63,585 nt of DNA, filler included, from Reticulomyxa filosa (GCA_000512085.1; 20 parts of 20 records of this genome joined end to end with filler, not necessarily neighbours in it), one strand, 5' to 3'; shown: positions 25,330-38,249, counted from the whole stretch's first letter. Translations and numbers: made by a program. Notes: generated by a model not told the origin, from the letters alone.

Positions 25330-26000
25330 AAATAGTTCAACATAAAAGACATTTGATTTGCATATCGTCTATGTACGTTCAAATTATGTGATTTGTGTGA
25401 AATTTTCACAATATTATTATCATAATAATTATTAAAATGTCCTTCATATGACAACAATTGCAATTATTCAAGCAACAATTAAGGCTGTTTATAGCATTGC
25501 ATTCTCTCATTTAATGATAGTAGATATTTATGTTCTGGATCTAGTAATAAAAATATTCGTTTATGGGACGTTGAAACATACAAATTATTACATGTTTCAA
25601 AGGACATGAAAGAGGTGTTTTGTGTATTGATATTTCACCATTACAAAGCAATAAGAACAATCGCAATAAAATAATAGAGATGTGATTAGTGGTAATTGAT
25701 ATACATTTGTTCTGAACCAGATGATACAACCATTCGTATTTGGAATATTGAAACAACCAAACAATTGACTGTATTCAAAGGGTATGATGGTCATGTGTGT
25801 AAAATATGAATCAAATGAATTAGGAAATATTGGTTGTGCGAATAGACTATTATCTGGATTAAATGATTGGAGTGTTAGTTTGTGGGATAATCGATCTGAC
25901 CAACAAATTCAAGTGTCCAAGGGACATACGGACTCTGTTATGTCTGTTGAATATTCACCATTTGTGTTAAAGGTCCAATTCGGGTTTGGAGATGAACATA
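25330..26000 (+). pseudogene. WD40-repeat pseudogene, same family as 3054-4125
   Basis: RLWDVET, FKGH..GVLCIDISPLQ, GNxYTFV, VSLWDNRSDQQIQVSKGHTDSVMSVEYSPF with stops and frameshifts. Confidence 0.8.
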
Positions 26001-26539
26001 AATGAATGAAGTTTGGTTTTGAATTTGTGGTAATTTGTGCGAATTAAAAGACATGGATACTTTGTTTGCTTTTATTTTTCAATCCATTTATTGCCAAAAT
26101 TGGAATGTTGTTTGAGTTATTTTTTTGTTAATAATTTTTGCATCCTAATGAATGACTGACATTGATTGATTGATTGATATATCTTTTTCAAATGCCTTTG
26201 TAAAGTGCAACATGGCTCAAGNNNNNNNNNNNNNNNNNNNNNNNNNNNNNNNNNNNNNNNNNNNNTTAATTAATTAANNNNNNNNNNNNNNNNNNNNNNN
26301 NNNNNNNNNNNNNNNNNNNNNGTTTTATGAGAAAATATTTGTTCTTATTGAACTTATAATCACGTACATTATTTATACAAAGAGAATATGATTAAAATGA
26401 AAATTTTAATTTCTTAGTATTTTTACTTCTTTACTAGCAAAAAAGGTTTTGTTTAACAAGAATTTTTTGGTATTAATTTCAAGAAATGGGTAATTTGAAT
26501 ACATAAGAGCGTACAATTGAACATGAATTACTTTTTTTT

Positions 26540-27300
26540 TAGAATTATTTCCAGACTGGATCATTGAATTTAGAATCATTCTTTGTTCAAAATTACTTTT
26601 TTGCAAAATATGCAATTAGTCCATAAATACATTCAAGAAAAAGGTATTAATAATTTTATTGCAATTTGGTGAACAATAAAAGAAAATAAAAGGGATACTT
26701 TCGCTTGTTCATATCCAATCTCTCAAAAGTATAAAATGTTAACACTTTAATGCAAAAAATATCAATATCATTTTTAAAAAGTGTCGATTTTTCAACTTTT
26801 TTGATGTAATTAAATTTATTTATGTTTCATCAAAATAAATAAACAAATCATTACCAACTGTAAATGTGTATATGATTGTCTTCTTCACTCAATACTGCAA
26901 TACAATCAAATAAGGACTGGGTAAAGTGTCATCAATTTGTTTTCTCGAATTGAATATTTATGCACTGATTTTGAAACAACATTTCTTAAAATTCACTTGT
27001 ATCCACTAAAGAGCAAAATGACATTATTGATACAAACATATGCATAATAATTGAATAATGCAATATTATCACATAAAACTGAAGTTATTTATCATTTAGC
27101 TTTACATTGTTGTTCAATTAATCCACCATGTTTCACATTCAAAATGTTCATTTGTTATTCATATTTATTAAAAATAAAAAGTATTTTCTAGTGTAATTTT
27201 TCGTGGGGAATACGAATACGCAAGAAAAAATCCATTTCAGAATATCTTTCATCAATAAGAGCACGTTTTTTCATAATGCTTAATTTTTCCATTTCATTTT
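26540..27300 (-). pseudogene. Kelch-repeat pseudogene
   Basis: Fragments AYVCINNVILLFSG, VVSKSVHKYSIRENK and FDCIAVLSEEDNHIHI, broken by indels and stops. Confidence 0.65.
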
Positions 27301-27589
27301 TTCACATTTATTTTTTTAAAATTTAGTGTTTAGCACTACTTTTGTATTTCATGTTTTTTTTATTTTTAATTAGTATGCAATTGTTATTGAATGTGNNNNN
27401 NNNNNNNNNNNNNNNNNNNNNNNNNNNNNNNNNNNNNNNTTAATTAATTAANNNNNNNNNNNNNNNNNNNNNNNNNNNNNNNNNNNNNNNNNNNNAAAAA
27501 AAAAAAATTTCCCCACTATTTAAAAAAAAAAGAAATTTCTGTTTATTATGGGATGGGGTGGGGGACAAAAAAGTTGCCTTTTTGCTATA

Positions 27590-29276
27590 ATGAGGTATCA
27601 CAACCACCAATGACTGATTTAAGACAAATCGGTTCGTTTCTACAACGGCAGAGCGAACAGAACAGCATTAATAATACTAATAACTATAATGCAAACAACA
27701 ATAGCAATAGTCATTTGGTAATGCACTCCAGCAATTGTGGCAATGCGACATTTTTGTGGCTCCGCAGTCGCAGTCGTCACAGTCGTCTCAGTATCGATCG
27801 AATGTGACGATGCCGCAATTGCTGCCGCTGCTAACGTCGCACATGAATTCGAACCCATCCAATCGTGTGGTCATGGTCAACGGTGGCAACGACTCCCTTG
27901 CAAAGGCCAGTCGCCAAGGCTTAGGATTGAGTGAATGTGAACACGTGGTCGCCAACGTGTTGGAAAATATGCACAACATATCCGTGCATAATGCCACTAC
28001 CAATCCGCAAATACCCCTTTCCAATGTCCAGAAACGCGCTTTGTCGGAAATGCAAGACAGCTCTCCACTCCAATTCGAAATACCTTTTCACTCACTTAAC
28101 CTCATTGTCGATAACGACAGTAGCCATTTATTGATGCCCCCTCCCACGAAGCGAAGAAGACTTCCAGAAAATTCAGTTTTGTATTTCTTCCTTTGCTTTT
28201 ATTTTACTTATGTGTACATTTCCATTAAAAAAAAAAAAAAGATAATGAGCAATGGCGCGGAAATTCGCACCAATAATGGAGAGATGATCTTATCAGAAGA
28301 GGATCACGTGCCAATGAACGCACAGGTGTCTGCATGGTATCCTCCGAGTAGCTTGAGTATCAGCGAGAGCAGTGATCAAGACACTGGACGCAAGATGGGC
28401 ACGTCCCTACGCAGTAACGACAGTTTGAATGCGATGGACTCGAGTATGTCCAATGGATCGAGCAGTCAATATAAAAGCAATGAAAATGAAGACCAATATA
28501 AAAAGGTATATACATACACACATATATATGTAAGTATATGCAAGCTTTTTTTTTTGGTTTTTTTTTTCCTCCAATGATCAGTACTTTTCAAGACATCTCT
28601 TTGCATTGGTATAAACAACTCTAAGATTCAACAATTTGTGGAAAATCACTTGTTGGTGATTCCTGCGCCGGAAGCGTTGGCGGGAAGGACATTAGCGGGA
28701 AGCAATTTGAGAAACTTTGGATTGAATGTGATTAGTATTGACTACGACACAAATAGTCCTCCACACGCACAGCAAGTGATCGAGCCTGGTCACAAGTTGG
28801 TGGTGATTGGGAATTACGATGACGCTCAAAAGTATCTGGCAACCATTGGCGCAGAGGATCACCATCCTATTATCCCAACCGAGTCCACACGATTGAGACA
28901 GTTTTCTCGAGAATTGACTGCGTATTATTTAGACTTGATCCGACCCCCTCCGCAGTTGCTCGGTCGAACACTTTTGAGCACTCCTCAGGTCGCTCAAAGT
29001 GGACTTAATGTCATTTCTTGTAATTTAGAAAACCTCCACCCGAGTCAGTTGGCACAACATCGCTTTGGGACCAATGATATGTTGCTGTGCTATTTTCCAA
29101 AGGCGTTTGACAAAGATCAACAAATGGAAACTCTGGTTCATAAACTGGAGACAGCCACTTGTATCCCTTCGCCTGTTCTTATCACTGGTGATAATACCAA
29201 TAGTGAAACTGATCACACCAATACTAATACCAATTCTGCCTTTTTAAAAAATGGAGCCACAGAAACCAATAACTGA
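27590..29276 (+). CDS. Low-complexity protein with two C-terminal TrkA-C/RCK-C-like domains; introns 28177-28241 and 28506-28625; 5' truncated
   Basis: LAGRTLAGSNLRNFGLNVISID...VIEPGHKLVVIG and LLGRTL...GLNVIS...FGTNDMLL; phase-0 splice AAG/GT..AG/ATT. Confidence 0.7.
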
Positions 29277-30135
29277 TGCTCCTTTTTTGTTTGGTGTTCT
29301 TTCTTTTTTTTCTTATTCCTCCTTTCTTCTTCTTTTTTTCATTTTGCGAAGTTTTTTTTTTTTTGTGTTGTTTTTGTTTTTTTTTTTCCATTTTGGAAGG
29401 AAAAAACATAGACAACAGTAATTTCTTCTTTATTATTATTATTGTTTGTCACTTTTATTGAATGTTTAGCAAACGTAAAGACCTACACGGTAGGGTAATT
29501 TGTTCAAAAGAACATATTAATCGATGTGGAAAAAGAAATGTCAAATTTGTTTGTATAGGACATGTTTTTTTTTCCGTTTTCCAGGTCACTGAATTTCTTT
29601 GGTTCTTGTTATTTTGGGTGTGGAAGGAGGTCGCTTTCCATTTTTTGTCATAACAATTTCCAAGTATAATTGCTTCAGCTTTGAGAGGTAAAGGATATAA
29701 TCCGTTTTTTTTTCCACTAATATATATGAACCAACCGGATGCGTTTGTCATGTTCTTGTTTGCTAAAGACAATGAAGCAATTTGAATTTCGTACATTTTT
29801 TTGTATATTTGGCAATTGCGAAATCGAATCTTTCTCTCCTTTGCTACGTACTAATTTTTTCATTGTTAGAAACAAAAAGGAAGGTACATTTTCACGATTT
29901 CAAAAAACTTACGAAAATAAATATGAACACGTTAGTGATAATTGAGATTGAATGGTTGTTTGCATATTTTGAAGTTGAAACTTAAAAAAAGAGAACCCAG
30001 CAAACAAATGGGATTCTACAGATTTAATTTGAAAATAAGTATGTTATTTTAGATTAACACTTCCAAAACTGCTTTTGAAAAAAAAGGACAACAACAAAAG
30101 TACATGGACTCTTGCTCCCTCTGTCTCAAATAAGC

Positions 30136-31402
30136 TCAGCTATTCTCATAAATCTTTCTAACTTGCAAGGGTAAACAAGGCATTCTGGTAATAGGACACA
30201 TATGATGCTGCTGAACAAATGGGAAAACACAATTATAACAGAACACATAGCCGCTGGGCAAACAAGCACTATTTTCTCTCTTTTTATGACAAATAGGACA
30301 CAAAGACTTATTTGTGCATTCGTTAATAGTTTGAATGGGATTCCGAGTATTTCCCAAGCGTTCCACTTGCTGTTTATCAAGCAAGATGGGATATCTTGGC
30401 GGAGCAGGTGGAACAGGAAGTGAATTATGGCTGTTTGCCAACAGGCGATCTTCCTCGCTCACAAACCATTGAACCCACCGGAACCCAAATAACATTGCTT
30501 TATTTTATTTCATTCAAAAAAAAAAAAGGGATCTCTCTTTTGTCATCTTATCCTTTTAAAAAAACAAATAACAAACCTAAAGTCATAATCTTGGTGACAT
30601 TGCCCAAGATATAAAGAACGCGCAAGAAAGAGAGTTTGAAATGGAGCCAAGCACTGGCAGCGGGACTATTACTATCGCGAATACTATTTTCGAAAGCTTG
30701 TCGAAAAGACTTCCAGAGTTGAATGTCATTTTGGTCGATCCGTTCAATTCCTTGTTGGGCAACGAAAGAGTTGGAGAATAAATCATTTGGTACTTTGCTG
30801 AACAAATACAAGAGTTTCCATAGAAATGCGAGTGACGCCAAACATCCATCAAAGTAGGGAAAATAGTTAAGTAACAACTCACAGTAGCGATATCTCCATG
30901 TCTTTTGTTTGGGACTGTTGGGATCATTTGGATTGGAGGGCACCAAAAATCTATCCATGTGTGCTTCTCTTTCTTCGTCTGTCATCTCCAATAAATGTTT
31001 GTAATAGCGCTCGATCTTTCCTCGAAGATATGGGATCAACAAGAGCAGTGATAAGGAGGTCAGTCTATCTTTTAGGGTCAACTGATAAGGGTGCGATGCA
31101 TTTGATGCATTTGCAACTAAACGCACTCGCTTCAATCCGTAAAAATGCTCTCCAAATGAAGCGTTATATTGAAACAAGTATTTAAACTGCAAACAAAATG
31201 TTATCATCAAAATCACTTCATCACTGAAGCGATGCACAAAGTGACCCAACGAATTCTCACTCGCGTTTCTTGTAAATACTCGAATTATATCTTGGAAGGA
31301 CGCAGGCAGGCCATCATCTAATCTCTCGCGACATATCAACTCAAACAATGAGGGTAATAAAAGTGGATTTATGGTTTTTGGATTGGATAGACTCTCCATC
31401 AT
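30136..31402 (-). CDS. PEX12: Peroxin 12 (RING-finger peroxin); intron 30498-30576
   Basis: PSLFEL, ASFGEHFYGLKRV, PYLRGKIE, PVPPAP, CPICHKKRENSACLPSGYVFCYNC...CPIT. Confidence 0.95.
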
Positions 31403-31947
31403 GCAAATATGATGGGAGGAATAGAAAAAAGTTCAACGTTGGTTTTCAAATAGCCGCTTTCCAATTATTTACAAATAAGATATTTTAAAATGTAAGTAAT
31501 ATTTTCTTCCTTTGCTTACTAAGTTTTTCTAAAAAACTATGGCATGGCACACTTCAGAATTTAAAGTATTTTGTACAAATTATGCGATTGCATTGTTTTC
31601 GTCTCTTTGAATATGTTTTGGTAGTTCTTTGAAATTTTTTTGTTGAATGCTGCAAAATAAAAGTTGTTAATTATCTGTTAATATATTATTCTGTGAAAAT
31701 GAAGAAAACAGATAAACGAATAATGTTGAAGAATGGAATGTTTAATATATTTTTTTATTTTTAAAATAAGGAAAGTGTTAAATCACAAGATTGGAACAGA
31801 TATGTTAATTTTTGTAGGATATTAGATTCAAATGTGATAAAGATAAAGATTAGAGAAAAAGTGATGCTTTTTTGAGGACAATACGAAGAGACAAAAAGTG
31901 TGGGAAAAAAAAGTGAAAATGAAGAAAAAGGAAAAAATTTGAATTGT

Positions 31948-33774
31948 TTAAAGAAACGACTCAGGATTTGCGTGAAGCCTTCGATAAGCCTCTTGTAGAT
32001 GAGATGGACGAATTGGACCAAATAGTTTCTCGATATCAATCTCGTTATTGCCCTTCATATCTGCATCTTCACTATCGCCATTAGGTGCATCCTGGGCTTT
32101 ATTTGGAGTGTTAGGATTTTCAACATGATTTTGTTCGTGTCGAAGTTTTTCACGTTCAAGTTCCAGTTGAGACTGAGCTTCCTCTTTCTGTACTTCTCGA
32201 CCTTTTTCAAGATTGGTAACCAATCAATAAAACAAAGAAAAAACAGATCACTTCAGATAGATAGATAGACAGAAAGGATTGACAAGATGAGATAGTTAGT
32301 AAGACACAACAATAGTGCCCGAAGAAGAAGAAGAAGAAAACTTGTCAAGACCAAGTCCATGACAACGGATTTGCAAAGTGCCTGCATGACAATGCACATT
32401 TTATCAGTGATCATACGATAGCTATCCATGCCCAAACTTTTGGCCATGATCTGTTTGATAGGTATAGGTTCAAGTTTGGATTTCAAAAACATTTCATATC
32501 TTCGCCATTGCTTTTCGTCCATTTGCGACAAGGCATTTGCCCAGTCTTTGGTTCTTTTGCGTTTTTTAGCAAAGTATTGATTTCTGGATTCAATTATCAG
32601 CTTTTGCATTTCTTTCTTGCGTTCCTGACTAATTGTACTTCCCGGATCGACCCATTTCTTTTTTCGTTGTCTGCTGCTTTTTCGAGTGGCATTGTTCTCA
32701 TTGTTGTTATCATCATTGTTATTTATTGTTGTAATCGTCGCGCTTGCAATATTGCCATTGCCGTCATTATTATTCACATTCATGTTATTGTTATTATCTC
32801 CTTCACGTTTGATTGCTTTTATTTGTCTGTTGCCACTCTCGCTTTCAGTCTCACTTTGGGTTTGAATTGCACTTTCACTTTCACTTTCGTTTTCCGTTTT
32901 GCTGTCGCGCTCATGACCCCGTTCGTTATCGCTTGCGTTTGTGTCGCTACGAGTGTCGTGTCCACTTTCGGATGGACTGGAGTCGTCATTGTCGACACGT
33001 GTCTTGCGACGATGACGATGATGACGACGACGACGACGACGACGGCTATGGTCTCTATCATTGTCGTCGTCGCTGCTGTCACTACTGTTGCCACTCTCTG
33101 CCGAAGACGAAGAAGCGAACGAAGGGGGAGAAGAAGAAGGAAAAGGAGATGGCGAGGATGCTGCTTTTGATCGACCAACAGAAACGTCGCTTTCTTTTTT
33201 GGATTTCTTTTTCTTTTTTCGTTGCGTTTTGTCTTTGTCTTTTGTTTTGTCTGTAGCTTTTGTTTGACCTTTCATCTGCTTCGACTTGTCTTGGCCGCTT
33301 TTACGCTTCGACTTTGCTTCCATTGATGTCTTCTTGTCGTATGCGCCTTTCCTCTTTGTTCGTTCTTTCCCGTCTCTGTTGTTATTCCCTTCGCCATTGT
33401 CGTCCTCATTCGCTGCCGCGTCCGTACCTCTTGATCTCTTCGCTTTCGTCGGCTCGTATTTTTTCTTTCGCTTTTTCCATTTCTTCGTATTGTCTTTCTT
33501 TTCTTCCTTATTTTTTTGGATTTTTTTGATTGGGGTGAAAAAAAAAAAGAGGTTGTAAAGTTGTAAAAACAAAACAAAATAAAAATCCAAAAAAATCACA
33601 ATCATAGCAATAACAATGAATAAATACCTCAGAGGAAGTCTCAAAGTCAAAATCAAACTCGGCGTCTTGTTCCATTTCGCCTCGTTTGCGTTTCTTTCCG
33701 ATCAGCCGTCCGTGCTTGTGCTTCTCGTCATTTTGTGTTCGATGCTTACGAGTGTTTGTAACTGTTGACCCTCT
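31948..33774 (-). CDS. TAF11: TFIID subunit TAF11 (histone fold) with long low-complexity N-terminal region; introns 33507-33627 and 32202-32341
   Basis: MDEKQWRRYEMF...IKQIM...IVMQALCKSVVMDLVLTSREV and GPIRPSHLQEAYRRL. Confidence 0.88.
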
Positions 33775-33848
33775 CTTTTGTTTGTCGATTGGTTGGGTCG
33801 CAAAAAAAAAAACAAACAAACAAATATAACAATATAAATAATATTACT

Positions 33849-33850
33849 AT

Positions 33851-33897
<47 letters not shown>

Positions 33898-33920
33898 TTA
33901 TGTATATGTATATATATAGT
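33849..33920. repeat. (TATACA)n microsatellite inside the predicted intron
   Basis: Directly visible, about 7 perfect units. Confidence 0.95.
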
Positions 33921-33946
33921 AATATTATTTATATTGTTATGCTAAC

Positions 33947-34609
33947 ATTATGAGTCACTCGTTTGATGTTCAGAATTTCATCACTGACCCTCTCAGCGAA
34001 AGTGAGAGCTGGAGAAAGCGATTGAGACGAGGATTGGACTTGCTGAATGATGCGATCATCGGTGATTTTGGACAGTCCCTTCTCTTCTTTATGCCCGCCC
34101 ACCTTTGTGTCAAATAAGGAATGGCTGTTCACAATCCATTGATATTTCATCGAAAATGGCCAATCGTAAAAGATCGGGTCCATTCTCATTCCCACATTCT
34201 CGTCTTCTGGTTCACTCGATTTATGACACTCTTTAAATCGAATCGCACCTATTATTTTGTTGCACATCCCTTCAAAGTAGCGGATTATTATCTTGTGCAA
34301 TTGCTTCCGATTGCTCAGCTGCTTCGTCGGTGATTGGTTAGGGTTTATCGTAAAATCCTTGTCGTTATTGAAAATGTACGGCTCAAATTTTTGGAGGTAG
34401 TACAACACGATCGGGTGTATGCACATTTGCTTATCTTTTGGGGTAAACGTACCCGAGACCTGAACTGCTGTTATCTGGTCTACCGCTTCTTCTGGGAGCA
34501 GCGTATCTTGATGTTCTACCAATTTTGCCCCTTTGCATATCAACCAACCCCAAGGATTGCGAACTGTTAGACAATACATTGCCGATGGATCTGAATGCAA
34601 TGATGTCAT
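33947..34609 (-). CDS. ASCH-domain exon, probably exon 1 of an ASCH-TAF11 fusion gene (intron 33775-33946)
   Basis: CLTVRNPWGWLICKGAKLVE, KIIGAIRF..C, YQWIV follow the ASCH pattern LS.RQPWA.LI..G.K.VE.R. Confidence 0.75.
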
Positions 34610-35136
34610 ATTAGTGATTTCGGGTGGATCTCCTTTTTTTTAAGAAGACCCTTTCTTTAGTAGGCACGGTTCAGATTTGCCTTGCGAAATGTAAATTATT
34701 TAATATTGCAGTCCAGATTTACAAAGAACTGTAATAAAATAGTATCTCGATAAGGTACATAATCGAGGTGTGATTAAGATTTCTATCATTTTGTTAACGT
34801 TTGTTTAAGAAGACAAGCTCTCGTGTCATATTTAAACAATAAAAATTACAAATTGAAAAATTAAACCTTTATATTGTCAATGAACGAAACGCAAATTCAA
34901 ATTTCACAACTGCTCTTATTTTTGTTTTTTACTTAATGTTACCCATTGTTGAGCTTTTGCAAAGATGAAAGTGTTTGCATCCCGCGATGAGAGTTACATT
35001 TTTTCATCATCCAAAAAAAAAATAAAGTATAACAAGTCCATCACACAGTTTATCTAAGTTACGTTAATGAAGGGCTAAAATTATATCAAACATTCACCCC
35101 CTTTTTTTTTTGTTCAAAACCGAAAAGAAAAAAACG

Positions 35137-35781
35137 TCATATTTCAAGTATTGAAAGCGTAAACAATTTTTCCCGCGTTTGATTCGCGTGAATGTCGCTT
35201 TGCTTTTTTGAAAGAGCCGTTATCATTTCCAGGGGCATTTTTTCTTGCATTTGGTGGATTTCTGTTGATGGAACATCCCAATGTCCGCCATAACTTGAAT
35301 TTTGAAGATGTTGTGGGGGAGGTATTACGCCTTTGTCTTTATCGGCCTCGATTTCTGATAGCGGCTCTTCCGAATTTGATTCACTGTCAGTATGATCGCC
35401 TGATACATAGCGTTCGCTGGTTACTGTCAGTGTGGTCGGAAGGCCTGTTGATGTACTCATATGCGTGTGATTGGTCTCACTATTGTGTCGATGTTTTGGC
35501 CTTGGTTGTTTGCGTGCTATTCCTATATTCACTGTTTCTGGACCATGTGTGTGGGGCATATCTTGTCCTCGTACGTGCACTTGATGTAACGATGACATTG
35601 GTATTTCCGACATGGCGCTGGCTGTTTTGTGTCCATACCTATTCCCGCGCTTCTCTCTCTCTTTGTCTTTTTTCAATTGACGATAATGCAAAAAAACTGA
35701 TACTATGCAAACAAATAAAATTAGAGAAATAAAAAGTAATATTGCCAATATGACCAAAAGCGTTATTGTTCGAGAATTCAT
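35137..35781 (-). CDS. Hypothetical protein with N-terminal transmembrane anchor and disordered tail
   Basis: 214-aa ORF; hydrophobic 5-31 followed by a basic stretch. Confidence 0.6.
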   Translation of the reverse strand: MNSRTITLLVILAILLFISLILFVCIVSVFLHYRQLKKDKEREKRGNRYGHKTASAMSEIPMSSLHQVHVRGQDMPHTHGPETVNIGIARKQPRPKHRHNSETNHTHMSTSTGLPTTLTVTSERYVSGDHTDSESNSEEPLSEIEADKDKGVIPPPQHLQNSSYGGHWDVPSTEIHQMQEKMPLEMITALSKKQSDIHANQTREKLFTLSILEI

Positions 35782-36054
35782 TTTTTTTTCTCGATTGAAT
35801 GAAACTTTTATGAGGGTGTTGACCCCTGAGCTTGTTTCTGTGGTATTTGATACTGTTTAAACCTATTTAAATAATAAATTTTGAAGAAATCTTTTTCTAT
35901 GTATTCACTACATTTGCCTTTNNNNNNNNNNNNNNNNNNNNNNNNNNNNNNNNNNNNNNNNNNNNTTAATTAATTAANNNNNNNNNNNNNNNNNNNNNNN
36001 NNNNNNNNNNNNNNNNNNNNNTTTCACATTTCGAATAAATGCTTTATCATATAC

Positions 36055-36129
<75 letters not shown>

Positions 36130-36130
36130 C
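36055..36130. repeat. (ATGTAT)n microsatellite, about 12 units, followed by (CA)n
   Basis: Directly visible. Confidence 0.95.
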
Positions 36131-36167
36131 GTATATTGGTAGTACACACACACACACACACTGAACT

Positions 36168-36523
36168 TCAAGTATTGCGATTATAACTTTTGCCAACATA
36201 ATTCGTGGAGAATCCATGTCCGCGTCTCGGACACTATCAAATACATTTCTTCTTATTCGTCCATGGGCTTCATTTGCGTTCTGCGTTTTTTTGTTGGACG
36301 GGCTTCTCCTCTACTCAAACCCGGTTTGGACTTCATTTCTCTTCAACACAACACAAATTGCTTCAAAACTTACGTCCATGTTATTGTTTAGCAATGGAGC
36401 AGAAATGTCAGGATTAGAGTGGCTATTAAATCGGTAACCGGGAACCATGCTGTGGAATTCTTCTTGCTGCAGTCGCCTTGCAATTTCTTCATCATGACGG
36501 AATTGTTCATTTTCTTCTAGCAT
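36168..36523 (-). CDS. Partial hypothetical protein with a UIM-like motif; spliced; truncated
   Basis: DEEIARRLQQEE; GTAAG donor after NNMD and TAG acceptor near 36311. Confidence 0.45.
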
Positions 36524-37006
36524 AATTAATTTTAATTGAAAATTATCCTGTGGACACTGACAATTGCTTTTAATTTATGTTGGGCCCTGGATCAACTAAG
36601 TTCCCCTTTCTCTACCACGCGTTTTGTTTTCATTTTGTTGCCTGCTTGCTTAATGTGCTTCATAATTTTCGATATTGATTTATATAAAAGATATGTTTGC
36701 TGAATACATTTTTCCAGACGGTATCATTGATATACATATTTCAATAGTGATAAAAATTTTATTAACCCAGCTATAGCGTTTGTTGTAGCTTTAATCCCAA
36801 AGATTAAATTGATAGAGAATACTTGCATTTGCGTTTTTTCCACAATTATGTAAGGTTAAATCTTATTTGGATGGGTAATCGCTTTGAGGATTGTACACGT
36901 GTATAATCATATGTTCATTAAAAAGAGTTGAAACTTAAAAAAGGAGAAGCGCACAAAAGAAAAACAAAAAAGCAAACACAAACTCCTTTTTTTTAAAAAA
37001 ATAAAG

Positions 37007-38249
37007 ATGTTACATTCTCAAATCTGCAAAAGCAATTTGCTTGTGAAAAACATGGTTAAAAATGTGCATAAATTGGTGAATAATCGGCATTTCTCACAAA
37101 AGGGTTCGCGAACGTTGGCGAATGGATTGGTCGTGACAGAAATGACACCTCGTGTAAGTAGACTCGATTTGCCAAGTGCACAAGTGAAAACAGCAAATCG
37201 AACAACGTTTACCGGACCATTGAAATGTGCAATATTGGATTGGAGTGGCACAACAGCAGATGCACATGTGATAGCACCAGCGGTGGCATTTGTGGAAGTG
37301 TTTGAAAAATATGGGGTTAAAATATCAATGAAAGAAGCACGAATTCCGATGGGTTTACGTAAAGACTTGCATATTGCAAAGATATTGGAAATGCCCGAAG
37401 TGCGAAAACGATGGATTGAAAAACACAAATCGGAACCAAATGAAGATACAGTGAAGCAATTATTTGAAGACTTTATCCCGATGCAATTGAAAGTATTACC
37501 CAAATGTAGCCAGTTGTTGCCAGGAGTGGCAGATATCGTGAAACGAATGAAAACAGTTCACAATATGAAAATTGGTGTTACCACAGGTTTTACTAAAGTC
37601 ATGGTTGATATTTTATTGAGAGAAGCAAAAAAACAAGCATTTGAACCAGATTCAAGTGTAGCCGGAGGTTAAGTATACACATATATATATATATTATATA
37701 TGTATATATTTTTTTAATATGCATGTACATACATATAAATTTATTTATTTAACAGATCAAGTGATCAACAATTTGGGATTTCGTCCTGCTCCTTTTATGA
37801 TTTACCAAAATTTACTTAATTTAGGAGTGTTTCCTATTCACTCGGTTGTTAAAGTTGATGATACCGTTTCTGGTGTGGGTGAGGGATTAAATGCTGGTAT
37901 GTTATATCCCTTAATTATTTTTTCCTACATGCTTTTTTTTTTTTGTTTCTTATTTTAAAAAAAAGGATAAAGTAACACTTTTTATTCTGTCCATACTTCA
38001 GGCTGTTGGTCTGTTGGAGTCTTTGGATGGTCAAATTATACGGATGTTGATTCAATGGAACAATGGAACGCAATGTCCCAGGAAGAGAAACTTAAACGCA
38101 AACTTAAATCCAAGGAAAAGTTAATTCATGAAAGTAGAGCTCATTATATTGTTGAAGATTTAACAGATATGGAATTTGTCATTACTGACATCAATCAACG
38201 TTTAAAACGTGGAGAAACACCTCAATCAAATCTTGTGATTTCTTCTTAA
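37007..38249 (+). CDS. phnX: Phosphonoacetaldehyde hydrolase (phosphonatase, HAD family); introns 37668-37755 and 37897-38001
   Basis: ILDWSGTTAD (motif I), EARIPMGLRKDLHI (Schiff-base Lys loop), [34 protein letters not shown]. Confidence 0.93.

Noticed and set aside
32508-33577. Several overlapping antisense and alternate-frame ORFs
   Set aside because: By-products of low-complexity trinucleotide-rich TAF11 linker sequence
37007-38249. phnX as bacterial contamination
   Set aside because: It has two spliceosomal introns and shares a contig with V-ATPase c and dynein LC8
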